Shown: positions 55,706-64,000 of the stretch, piece after piece | How the letters are laid out: the number at the start of each line of letters is the position of its first letter | Numbering within the stretch: the stretch's first letter is position 1 | From: Myxococcota bacterium | GTDB taxonomy: Bacteria > Myxococcota > XYA12-FULL-58-9 > JALHOP01 | Reading direction: 5' to 3' | Assembly (NCBI GenBank): GCA_041288095.1 | Contig: JBGGMJ010000188.1 | Location: forward strand, 73,288 to 137,287 | DNA length: 64,000 nucleotides | Notes under the pieces: model-generated | Told to the model about the DNA's origin: nothing | What the model saw: only the letters and a program-made list of their open reading frames with translations | The model's database searches: none | Made by a program: the position numbers and the translations under genes

Positions 55706-57835
55706 ATGTTCTGGGCCTGGCTGCTCGGCATGCCGGTGCGCTTCGGCCGTACTCTCGCCGGCTTCGTGATCGCTTACGCGGGCTTGGCGCTGGCCGCGCT
55801 CGGGGTCTTCCGCAACGCCAACGAGAGCAGCACGCCGCAGCTCCTCGCCTTGGCGGGTCTTTCGGCGCTGCTCGTCGCGAAGCTGTTCGAGCGCTTGGCC
55901 CGCCCGGCCAAGGAATCGGCGCTGATCGCCGATCTAGAGCTCGGTAGCCTCTGCGTCGCCGCGGCCTTCGTGCTCATCGAGCTGACCGGCGGTCCGTCGG
56001 GTCTCTTGTATCCGATGGTCTACGCGCTGGTGGCGTTCCTCGTGGCCTTCCACGGGGCGCGCACCGCTGTCTACTTCCTGGTGCTCATCCTCGGCACCGA
56101 GACGCTGGTGAACGTGCTGCAGCCCGCGACCCGCGACTACAAGCTCCTCGCCTCGCACGCCTCCTTCATCTTGCTCTTCGGGTTTTTGTACGCCGTCTTC
56201 CTGCGCACCGAGGTCGCGCAGCGCAAGAATCGCATGGCGCGCGAGATCGATGAGCACATGCGCAAGGTCGAGGACGAGGCCAAGCAGTTCCGCCTCACGA
56301 GTGGGCTTTCGGCGGGTAGCCGGGAGATGTCGCCCGAGGAGATGGCGAGTCGCCGCCGAGTCGGCTCGGTGCAAGCGATCCACGAGTCCTTCTACAACGT
56401 GCTCGCTGTAGCGGAGCGCGCCTTGACGCCGCACACGGTGGCGTTGCTCTGGCTCGACAGCGACGAGCGCAAGATCATCATCAAGGAGCTGCGCTCGCAG
56501 TCCGATCACGTGGCCACGAAGCCTTTGGTGACCGCCGAAGGTTTCATCGGCGCCATCACCAAGCGACGCGAGCCGCTCGTGCTCACGCAGCTCAAGGCCG
56601 GCCACTCGGGTCTCGTCTACTACACGCAGCCACACTCCATCACCGACTTCGCCGGCGTGCCCGTCCTCGAGGATGGTCACTTGCGCGGCGTCCTCATCGC
56701 TGACCGCAATGACGGACGGGCATTCGGCGCCTCCGACATCGCCGTCATGAACACCATCGCCGAAGAGATCGTCCGCGCGGTGCAAGTCGAGCGCATCTTC
56801 AGCGACATGGACCGCGAGAAGTACGAGAAGGAGCGTTTCTACCAGGCGAGCCGCGACTTCAACGAGGCGCGCACGGTCGACGAGGTCGCGAAGGTGGCCA
56901 TCCGAGCCTCACGCGCCGTCGCGCACGCCGAGCTCGCGGCGGTCGCGGTCTCGACCGAAGAGGGCGGCAAGATGCGCATCGCCGCGCTCGAATGGCACGG
57001 CAACGAGAAGGCGGAAGACTTGGTCGGTCAGGTCTTCCAGGCGGAGGAGGGTCTCGTCGGAGCGTCGATCAAGGCGCGTCATCCGCTGCCCCACGGCACG
57101 GCCCGCGGTCCATCGCAGGCGGTGTTCGCCAAGGCCATCAACGCCGATCTCGCGGGTGTGAAGGTGCTGCCCCTGTTGTGGCAGGACCGTGGCATCGGCG
57201 CCGTCGTGCTCGGCTCGTCGCGCGAGAATTTCCTCTCGAACGACGCCTTCGAGATGATGCGCGTGATCTCCGACCACGCCACCATCGCCATCGCCAACGC
57301 CCAGATGTACGAGCGCATGGAGCGCATGGCGACGACCGACGGTCTCACCAGCCTCATCAATCATCGCTACTTCCAGGAGCTGTTCGATGCGATGATCGCC
57401 CGCTGTGAGCGCTATGGCCGTCCGATGTCGCTGATCCTCACTGACATCGACCATTTCAAGTCCATCAACGACACCTATGGCCATCCAGTCGGGGACATGG
57501 TTTTGAAGAAGGTGGCAAAGCTATTGAGTGGAGCGGCACGGCGTACCGACGTCGTGGCGCGCTACGGCGGCGAGGAGTTCGCGGTTCTCATGGAAGAGAC
57601 CGGGCCTGAAGGGGCGTTGCAGACCGCCGAGCGTATCCGCAAAGCGATCGAGAGCGAGACCATGCGCTCCGAGAACGGCACCTTCAAATGCACGATCTCT
57701 TTGGGCATTGCGACTTTCCCGAACGATGCCAACGTGAAAGCGAGGCTTGCCGAATGCGCTGACCAGGCACTTTATCAAGCGAAGAGAAGTGGTCGTAACC
57801 GAGCTGTGGTCTTCAAAACAGCACGAGCAGGGTGA
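55706..57835 (+). CDS. Membrane diguanylate cyclase with two GAF domains
   Basis: N-terminal TMs; TDGLTSL; DIDHFKSINDTYGH; RRTD I-site; RYGGEEF; ADQALYQAK..GRN. Confidence 0.95.
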   Translation: MFWAWLLGMPVRFGRTLAGFVIAYAGLALAALGVFRNANESSTPQLLALAGLSALLVAKLFERLARPAKESALIADLELGSLCVAAAFVLIELTGGPSGLLYPMVYALVAFLVAFHGARTAVYFLVLILGTETLVNVLQPATRDYKLLASHASFILLFGFLYAVFLRTEVAQRKNRMAREIDEHMRKVEDEAKQFRLTSGLSAGSREMSPEEMASRRRVGSVQAIHESFYNVLAVAERALTPHTVALLWLDSDERKIIIKELRSQSDHVATKPLVTAEGFIGAITKRREPLVLTQLKAGHSGLVYYTQPHSITDFAGVPVLEDGHLRGVLIADRNDGRAFGASDIAVMNTIAEEIVRAVQVERIFSDMDREKYEKERFYQASRDFNEARTVDEVAKVAIRASRAVAHAELAAVAVSTEEGGKMRIAALEWHGNEKAEDLVGQVFQAEEGLVGASIKARHPLPHGTARGPSQAVFAKAINADLAGVKVLPLLWQDRGIGAVVLGSSRENFLSNDAFEMMRVISDHATIAIANAQMYERMERMATTDGLTSLINHRYFQELFDAMIARCERYGRPMSLILTDIDHFKSINDTYGHPVGDMVLKKVAKLLSGAARRTDVVARYGGEEFAVLMEETGPEGALQTAERIRKAIESETMRSENGTFKCTISLGIATFPNDANVKARLAECADQALYQAKRSGRNRAVVFKTARAG

Positions 57836-59149
57836 ATGAAAAAGATCTTCGTCCTCGATACCAACGTTCTGCTGCACGATCCGCGCGCGATTTATCAGTT
57901 CGAAGATCACGACGTGGTCATACCGATCGTCGTCGTCGAAGAGCTCGACACCTTCAAAAAAGATCTCTCCGAGCTCGGCCGCAATGCCCGTCACATCGCG
58001 CGTTCGCTCGACGAGCTACGCACCGAGGGGCGCATCACCGAAGGCGTGGCCATCAACAATGGCGCAGGCACCTTGTCGGTCAGCATCACCAACCGCGTGC
58101 TGCCGTCGGAGTTCCAGAATCAGCATCCGGCGGACAACAAGATCCTGGCGACGGCGCTCGACCTGCACGAGTCGCGCAAAGACCGGCTCACCGTACTCGT
58201 CACCAAAGACGTCAACATGCGCATCCGTGGCGATGCGCTGGGTCTGCGCGTCGAGGATTTCGACACCGAGCGCTCGAACATCGACGAGCTCTACTCGGGC
58301 GTCGCGGAGATCGAGGTACCGGCGAAGGACATCGACACTTTCTACGAGACCGGCAAGCTCGAGCTCTCCGACCCGTATTACTATCCCAATCAGTTCGCGT
58401 TCCTGAAGGACGCGTCGAACCCGCAACACACGGCCCTCGGCAAGATCAACCGCGACGCGCAGCTCGTCGAAGCGGTCAATCAAGTCAAAGACGGCATGTG
58501 GGGCATTCGCCCGCGCAACAAGGAGCAGGTGTTCGCGGCCGACGTCTTGATGAACGATCAGATCAAGCTGATCACGCTCGTCGGCAAGGCGGGTACCGGC
58601 AAGACGCTCATGGCGATCGCCGCCGGTCTGCAAAAGGTCACCGAGGAGGGCGTCTACCAGCGCCTGCTGATCTCGCGTCCGATTTTCCCGCTCGGCCGCG
58701 ACATCGGGTTCTTGCCCGGAGACGTCGAGGAGAAGCTGACGCCCTGGATGCAGCCGATCTACGACAACGTCGAGTTCTTGATGGGCTTGTCGAAGACTGA
58801 CCGCAAACGCGGACGGTCGTACCACGAGCTCTTGGACCTGGGCGTGCTCGAGATCGAACCGCTGACTTACATCCGCGGCCGCAGCATCCCGAACCAGTTC
58901 ATGGTCGTCGACGAGGCGCAGAACCTGACACCGCATGAAGTGAAGACGATCATCACGCGCGTCGGTGACGGCACGAAGATCATCCTCACCGGTGACCCGT
59001 ACCAGATCGACAATCCATACGTGGACGCGACCAACAACGGTCTCGTTTACATCGTCAACCGCTTCAAGGCGGAGCGCATCGCGGCGCACATCACCCTGTC
59101 CAAGGGCGAGCGCAGCGATCTGGCGGAGCTGGCCACGAATCTCTTGTAG
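57836..59149 (+). CDS. PIN-PhoH (PhoH2/YlaK-like) protein
   Basis: VLDTNVLLHD PIN; GKAGTGKT; RGRS; DEAQN; GDPYQID. Confidence 0.95.
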   Translation: MKKIFVLDTNVLLHDPRAIYQFEDHDVVIPIVVVEELDTFKKDLSELGRNARHIARSLDELRTEGRITEGVAINNGAGTLSVSITNRVLPSEFQNQHPADNKILATALDLHESRKDRLTVLVTKDVNMRIRGDALGLRVEDFDTERSNIDELYSGVAEIEVPAKDIDTFYETGKLELSDPYYYPNQFAFLKDASNPQHTALGKINRDAQLVEAVNQVKDGMWGIRPRNKEQVFAADVLMNDQIKLITLVGKAGTGKTLMAIAAGLQKVTEEGVYQRLLISRPIFPLGRDIGFLPGDVEEKLTPWMQPIYDNVEFLMGLSKTDRKRGRSYHELLDLGVLEIEPLTYIRGRSIPNQFMVVDEAQNLTPHEVKTIITRVGDGTKIILTGDPYQIDNPYVDATNNGLVYIVNRFKAERIAAHITLSKGERSDLAELATNLL

Positions 59150-59251
59150 GGAGGGCACAGGATTGCCCTTTCAAGGCGTTTGACGGGCGAATCGCGGAAA
59201 AAGCTCAGCGCTTTCAACCCTGACCATGTGGCAGGGGGTATGTAAGGCGCT

Positions 59252-60694
59252 ATGGCCGGACCGCAAGCAGTCACAGTACGCGCCGCCGAGCAGATCCGCG
59301 CGGTTACGCCGCCGGCGGATCAGCGCACGTTGGCGCCCGGCCAGACACTGCGCCAGTTTGCTCAGGGACTGAACCTCCCGCCCGATCAGCTGCCCTACGC
59401 CATACGGGCGTTGAAGAGCCGCAACCCGCATGTGCGCGGGGTCGATGCGCCGGCGTCCACCACGACCATCATCAGCGTGCCCTCGCGGTTGCGACCCGCC
59501 GGGACCACCGGGCCATCGGGCTCCATTCTCGCGCCTCCGACCGGCCCCGGCGCTGATCCCCAGGCTGCCGCGCGTGAAGCGGCCGATCGCTTCGTCGGCA
59601 CCGACCCCGCGCGTGTGCGTGAGCTGCAAGCGCTCGTCGGCACCACGCAAGACGGCGTGTTCGGCGCGGATACGCAACGCCGCCTCGCGGCCCTGACTGG
59701 TTCCGGTGAGGTCACCGCCGAGGGAATGAGCCGGTTGTGGGCCCGCCGCGCCCCGCTAACGCGCGGCCCCGACCCGCGAACCCTCCCCGCGAACGATGCC
59801 AGCGCCGCGTGGCGTGCGGAGTTCGGCAATCGGGCAAGCGTTCGACCGGAAGCCTTGAGCGGTTGGAACAGAACCTTCGCCGATCGCTTGATCAGCGAAG
59901 GCTTGGGGCCAGGGGCTGATCAACGGTCGCAACGCGAGCGTCTCGCCGAGTTCCAGCGCACTCACAATATCACGATGCCGCGAGGGGCGACGCCGGGCGA
60001 TCTCACCGCGGAGACCGTCGCCCAATTGCGCGCCGCACGCGCCACGCGTGTTGCGAGCGGCGAGCGCTTGCCGGCGACGCGCTTCGACGATCAAGTGCGC
60101 GCGTTCATGGCCACCGAGCGTCCGCGTCTCGAGGCGATGGGCATGCCGCCGCGGGTCGTCGACGCCATTCAACGCCGCCTCACCGCTATGATGTTCCAGG
60201 AATCGGGCGGCGGTGCCCCGCACTACGACACCCACGTGAACCGCGCCGGCGCCACCGGCCCGCTGCAGGTGATTCCGATCGCCGCGCACGATCTGGCTGA
60301 GCGGCGCCACGGCAATCTGCCCAGTGGCGAGTCCTTCCAGAGCTACATTCACCGGACGTACGGTCTGGGTAACGGCGCGGGGTACACACCGCCTCGCGGT
60401 GGCAGAACGCGCACGGACCCGGGCAACAATCCGGGGTGGGACAGCACCGCTTTGCTCGAGCGCCAGCGTGGCGACATCCGGCCGGGCGAAAACGGCGTGT
60501 CACCGCACATCGCCGCAGCCGGCCTCACCTATATCAACTTCCTGCGACAATCGGCGCGCACCCTGCGCGGTGGCTACCAGAGCCCCGAGTTCTGGGGCCG
60601 TGTCGACCGCCTCTACAGCGGTGCGGCGCATGACTACAATCGCAAGGTCAATCGCTTCGAGCGCTTGCTCACCATGGGCGGCTACTTCGATTGA
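59252..60694 (+). CDS. Putative muralytic protein: LysM-like + PG-binding repeats + lysozyme/SLT-like domain
   Basis: ALKSRNP; VRELQALVG..DGVFGADT; EFQRTHNI..G..TAET; AMMFQESGG..GATGPLQV; no signal peptide. Confidence 0.7.
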   Translation: MAGPQAVTVRAAEQIRAVTPPADQRTLAPGQTLRQFAQGLNLPPDQLPYAIRALKSRNPHVRGVDAPASTTTIISVPSRLRPAGTTGPSGSILAPPTGPGADPQAAAREAADRFVGTDPARVRELQALVGTTQDGVFGADTQRRLAALTGSGEVTAEGMSRLWARRAPLTRGPDPRTLPANDASAAWRAEFGNRASVRPEALSGWNRTFADRLISEGLGPGADQRSQRERLAEFQRTHNITMPRGATPGDLTAETVAQLRAARATRVASGERLPATRFDDQVRAFMATERPRLEAMGMPPRVVDAIQRRLTAMMFQESGGGAPHYDTHVNRAGATGPLQVIPIAAHDLAERRHGNLPSGESFQSYIHRTYGLGNGAGYTPPRGGRTRTDPGNNPGWDSTALLERQRGDIRPGENGVSPHIAAAGLTYINFLRQSARTLRGGYQSPEFWGRVDRLYSGAAHDYNRKVNRFERLLTMGGYFD

Positions 60695-60866
60695 CCAGCT
60701 CGTTCGCGTTGCGCCGCTTCGGGCGAGCGCACCCACACTTTTTCTTCGCGGTTGTGACCTAGCGCACGGACATGATAGCGCCGCGATGATTTTTTGACGC
60801 TTCACCGTCGTCAGCAGTTGATCCGCCACTCCGCTCTTACGGAGTGGACATGAAAAGGAGTCCAAC

Positions 60867-63377
60867 GTGTCCAATGCCCGGGGGACGTTTGGCAGTTGGT
60901 TCACCGTTGTTGCAGTTTCGGTATCCGCTATCGCGTGCAGCGATGACAAGAAGAAGGCCGAAGCTCCGCCGCCCACGGTAGTCGTCGATACGACGATGCA
61001 GCCGCGCAGCGCGACGATTCCGGGTATCGATGGTGGCGCCGCGCGTCCCGTCGCGTCCGCGGCTGGTTCGACCGGTCCAGCGGCTGATTTCGTCGCCGAC
61101 GAGATGGTCGTCGGTACCGATGACCCATCGTTGCTCGAGGCTGTCCGCGTCCGCTGGAACGGAACGGTCCTCACCGAGATCGACTTCATCGGCGCCGGCG
61201 TCACCGGCATGAAGAACTATTACCTCATGCGCATCGACGCGAGCAGCGCCGACACTTCGCGCATCGCCGACGACATGCTGGCCGTCGAGCCCAATGCCCA
61301 CGGCGAGCACCGCGTCTCGAGCCAAGCGGCCATGAAGCTACTCGCGGCAGTCTCCGAAGAGCGCACGCGCGGTGACGTCGAGGTCGCCGCCAACTGGATC
61401 GTCACCAGCGCCAGCTTCCAAACGCGTTCGGCGGCGGACTCGCCCACGGGCTACGGCGCCGATGGCTGGGCCTGGACGCCGAACATTTATCAGCAGCCTG
61501 GCTTCCGCCGTGGTGACGCTCAGGACATCGGCGTCGGCGAGGCGTGGCGCGCCATGGAAGCGGCGGGCCGCTTCAGCAACAAGGTGAAGGTCGTCATCAT
61601 GGATGGCGGCTTCCAACCCAACGACGACGTCCCGCTCGGCACGCGCATCGAGCCGCCGACCGGCTGGAACCGACCCAACCCCTCGACCTGCACCGGCGGC
61701 AGCACCTGCAACTGGCACGGCACCGGTGTGGCCCAGATCGCCTTTGGTGCGCTCGACAACGGCTTCGGCGCGGCCGGAACCGCGGCTCCGGTCGCCGATC
61801 CGATCTTGGTGCCGTCGCCGGCCCTCGATTTCCTGCAGATCCTCCAGTTCATCTTCCGCGGCGTCCCGGCGCTCGTCGGTGGCCAGCGCATCGTCAACAT
61901 CAGCGGCGGCACCGGCATCGGCGCTGGCTGGTACGCGCTCACCTTCGGCGCGCTCGACGCCATCGCGGCGGGTCTGCGTCTGAACAACACGCTCATCGTC
62001 GCCGCCGCCGGCAACGACAGCCAAGACGTCGACGACATCGACTGCCTCGACATCTTCGGCGAGATCATCTCGTGCTGGGAAGGCACCGTGTGGATCCCTT
62101 GCGAGCTCCCCGGTGTCGTCTGCGTTGGCGGACTGCAATACGACAGCGCCAACCACGACTCGGGCTCGAACCGGCACGGCGCCGACGAAAGCGCCAATTC
62201 GGTCGACATCCACGCCCCCTACTGGAACTGGATTGGTCCGAATCCGGACGACGCCGCGAGCGGTCCCAATTCGGCGCAGCTCATCGCCGGCACCAGCGGC
62301 GCTTCACCCTTCGTCGCCGGTGTGGCGGCGCTCATCTGGGCATCGAAACCGTCCGCTTCGGCGGGCGAGGTCGAGCGCATCTTGTACGAGACCGCGCATC
62401 CCGACGTCGGCCCGATCATCCGTCGCGTCAACGCCTACGCGGCGGTGCGTGAGGCGCTCGGGGGCAACACCGCGCCGTTCGTCCAGCTGCTGACGCCGAC
62501 TGCGGGGAGTAGCTTCCCGCGACGCCGCGCTTCGGTGCCGCTCCTGTTGACGATGGAAGATGACAACCCCTCGGGCGTCACCGTCACCTGGACCAGCAAC
62601 ATCGACGGCACCATCGGTACCGGCACGTCGACGGCGACGACCTCGCTGTCCGCTGGAACGCACATCATCACGGCGACCATCGTCGATGGCGGCGTCACTC
62701 AGACCCGCACCACGACGGTCACCATCTTCAACGAGGATCCGTTCGTCGAGATCGTCAATCCCCGCACCGCGACCTATGGCGCCTTCGAGCAGCAGCTGGT
62801 GCGCTTCACGGCGCGCTCGAACGACTTGAACGAGCTCGCCGCGATTCCAGACGCCGATCTCACCTGGCACCTGGGCTCGCCGGGAGGCGCGCTCTTGGGC
62901 AGCGGTCACACCGCGACGTACACGGTTCCGGACGGTCAGACGGCGAACTTCCAGGTCTGCGCCGTGGCGGAGAGCTCGGCGGGTCTCGTGTCGAACGACT
63001 GCGTCACCATCGACCCGAGCACGGAGCCCGACAACATGCCGCCGGACGTCGTCATCACCTTCCCCGAGGAAAACGCGAACTTCGTCGTCGATGGTGACGG
63101 CGACGCCGACCTGGTCTTGAGCGCCACCGGCAGCGACTTCGAGGGCGACCCCGTCACCTTCACCTGGTACGTGCGCCGCGCCACCGGCCCGGGCACCTGG
63201 ACGGCGTATCAAGGGACGACGCCGGCCACCGGCGCTTCGGTGAACTTCGGCTTCACCGGAAATTGCGGCTCGACGTGGGAGATCTTGGTGAGCGGCTGTG
63301 ACGACGGCACCACGGCGTCGCCGACGCCGGCGTGCACCGACTACGTCATCACCATCACGGTCGACGAGCTATGCTGA
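60867..63377 (+). CDS. Lipoprotein subtilisin-like S8 peptidase with C-terminal Ig/PKD-like domains
   Basis: AAGGAG RBS; AIAC; VIMDGG (Asp), HGTGVA (His), AAAGN, GTSGASP (Ser). Confidence 0.92.
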   Translation: MSNARGTFGSWFTVVAVSVSAIACSDDKKKAEAPPPTVVVDTTMQPRSATIPGIDGGAARPVASAAGSTGPAADFVADEMVVGTDDPSLLEAVRVRWNGTVLTEIDFIGAGVTGMKNYYLMRIDASSADTSRIADDMLAVEPNAHGEHRVSSQAAMKLLAAVSEERTRGDVEVAANWIVTSASFQTRSAADSPTGYGADGWAWTPNIYQQPGFRRGDAQDIGVGEAWRAMEAAGRFSNKVKVVIMDGGFQPNDDVPLGTRIEPPTGWNRPNPSTCTGGSTCNWHGTGVAQIAFGALDNGFGAAGTAAPVADPILVPSPALDFLQILQFIFRGVPALVGGQRIVNISGGTGIGAGWYALTFGALDAIAAGLRLNNTLIVAAAGNDSQDVDDIDCLDIFGEIISCWEGTVWIPCELPGVVCVGGLQYDSANHDSGSNRHGADESANSVDIHAPYWNWIGPNPDDAASGPNSAQLIAGTSGASPFVAGVAALIWASKPSASAGEVERILYETAHPDVGPIIRRVNAYAAVREALGGNTAPFVQLLTPTAGSSFPRRRASVPLLLTMEDDNPSGVTVTWTSNIDGTIGTGTSTATTSLSAGTHIITATIVDGGVTQTRTTTVTIFNEDPFVEIVNPRTATYGAFEQQLVRFTARSNDLNELAAIPDADLTWHLGSPGGALLGSGHTATYTVPDGQTANFQVCAVAESSAGLVSNDCVTIDPSTEPDNMPPDVVITFPEENANFVVDGDGDADLVLSATGSDFEGDPVTFTWYVRRATGPGTWTAYQGTTPATGASVNFGFTGNCGSTWEILVSGCDDGTTASPTPACTDYVITITVDELC

Positions 63378-64000
63378 CGCGCCGGGGAGTCGTACCGACT
63401 TTCCTGGTCGTGGTGGCGCTCGTGGCCATCGTCGGTTGTCAGATCTTCGCGGTGCGCATGCCATCGCGTGCCACCGCTGGGTCGAGCATCGTCATCGAGC
63501 TCGACAACCGGCAAACGCTCGCCGATGGGAGCTCGCGCCCAGGAACGCATTGCGCGCGCTTTCCGTCGACCTGGACCGTGACCGCTTCGACATACACGCG
63601 CAATGTCGGGGGCGTCGCCAGCAGCGGTACCCTCGTGGGTGCGATGGTCGGTGAGGCCAGCGGCCTCATGGCGGACCGCCCGCTCGCTGGCCACACCTGG
63701 GTCTGCCGTCAGGGACCCTCGACGAACTACGGCAACGGTGATTTTGGCACCGCGCGCTGGACCGTGACCGTGCAGACGCCGGGCACGTACGACATCATGT
63801 TCGTGACCACCTTGGGTGACGGCACCGCTGACGTTGGCGACACCGCGTCACGCCGCATCGTCATCGACGGCGTCCCTGATTGGCGCTTCGACAGCCGCTC
63901 GACGACGTTGCCGGTCGAGCAGGAGAGCTGGACCTCGGTCAACGCCGCCACCGACCTCGCGATGATCGCAGTCGACTATAGCGGCAACGCGCACATCACC
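63371..64000 (+). CDS. Exported or lipoprotein hypothetical, 5' part; runs off the window
   Basis: Manual translation MLTRRGVVPTFLVVVALVAIVGCQ..., open to the window end; overlaps the S8 stop. Confidence 0.7.
   Translation, partial: MLTRRGVVPTFLVVVALVAIVGCQIFAVRMPSRATAGSSIVIELDNRQTLADGSSRPGTHCARFPSTWTVTASTYTRNVGGVASSGTLVGAMVGEASGLMADRPLAGHTWVCRQGPSTNYGNGDFGTARWTVTVQTPGTYDIMFVTTLGDGTADVGDTASRRIVIDGVPDWRFDSRSTTLPVEQESWTSVNAATDLAMIAVDYSGNAHIT

Noticed and set aside
57836..59149. PIN-PhoH as a toxin-antitoxin or defence system
   Set aside because: Conserved housekeeping-type PhoH2 with no antitoxin or defence neighbours

Overview
High-GC, gene-dense chromosomal window, most likely from a Myxococcota bacterium. 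Markers for this are CarF, an AglRQS-like TolQ/TolR/TolR triad, a GltJ/AgmX-like protein, a FrgA-like protein, a PilZ-Hsp70 fusion and many Cys-lipoproteins. It holds about 57 CDS and one tRNA-Ala(GGC). I see no CRISPR array, prophage, integrase or transposase. Core and housekeeping genes: CpxRA/Spy-like two-component system, RhlE-like helicase, class II photolyase, treY, ndh, PLD-VTT/EEP, phhA, mobA, birA, nadC, exbB/exbD/tonB, an NtrC-type regulator, TrmH, a diguanylate cyclase and PIN-PhoH. Best candidates for something undescribed: (1) signal-peptide-less, toxin-like enzymes with disordered leaders (a RelA/SpoT-like nucleotidyltransferase, an L,D-transpeptidase-like protein and a PG-binding lysozyme-like protein), two of which sit behind sigma28-like GCCGATAA/GTCGATAA boxes; (2) a lipoprotein / ECF sigma / anti-sigma / exported caspase-beta-barrel / lipoprotein cassette with a repeated TTTTTC-N19-GTCT promoter-like motif; (3) a structured ~500 bp non-coding region directly downstream of an Nla19/PxrR-like activator, which is the position Pxr sRNA occupies in Myxococcus; (4) a sigma54-driven heme-oxygenase-like diiron-family protein that appears to have lost its metal ligands. 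All family calls are by-eye motif recognition; no database search was run.
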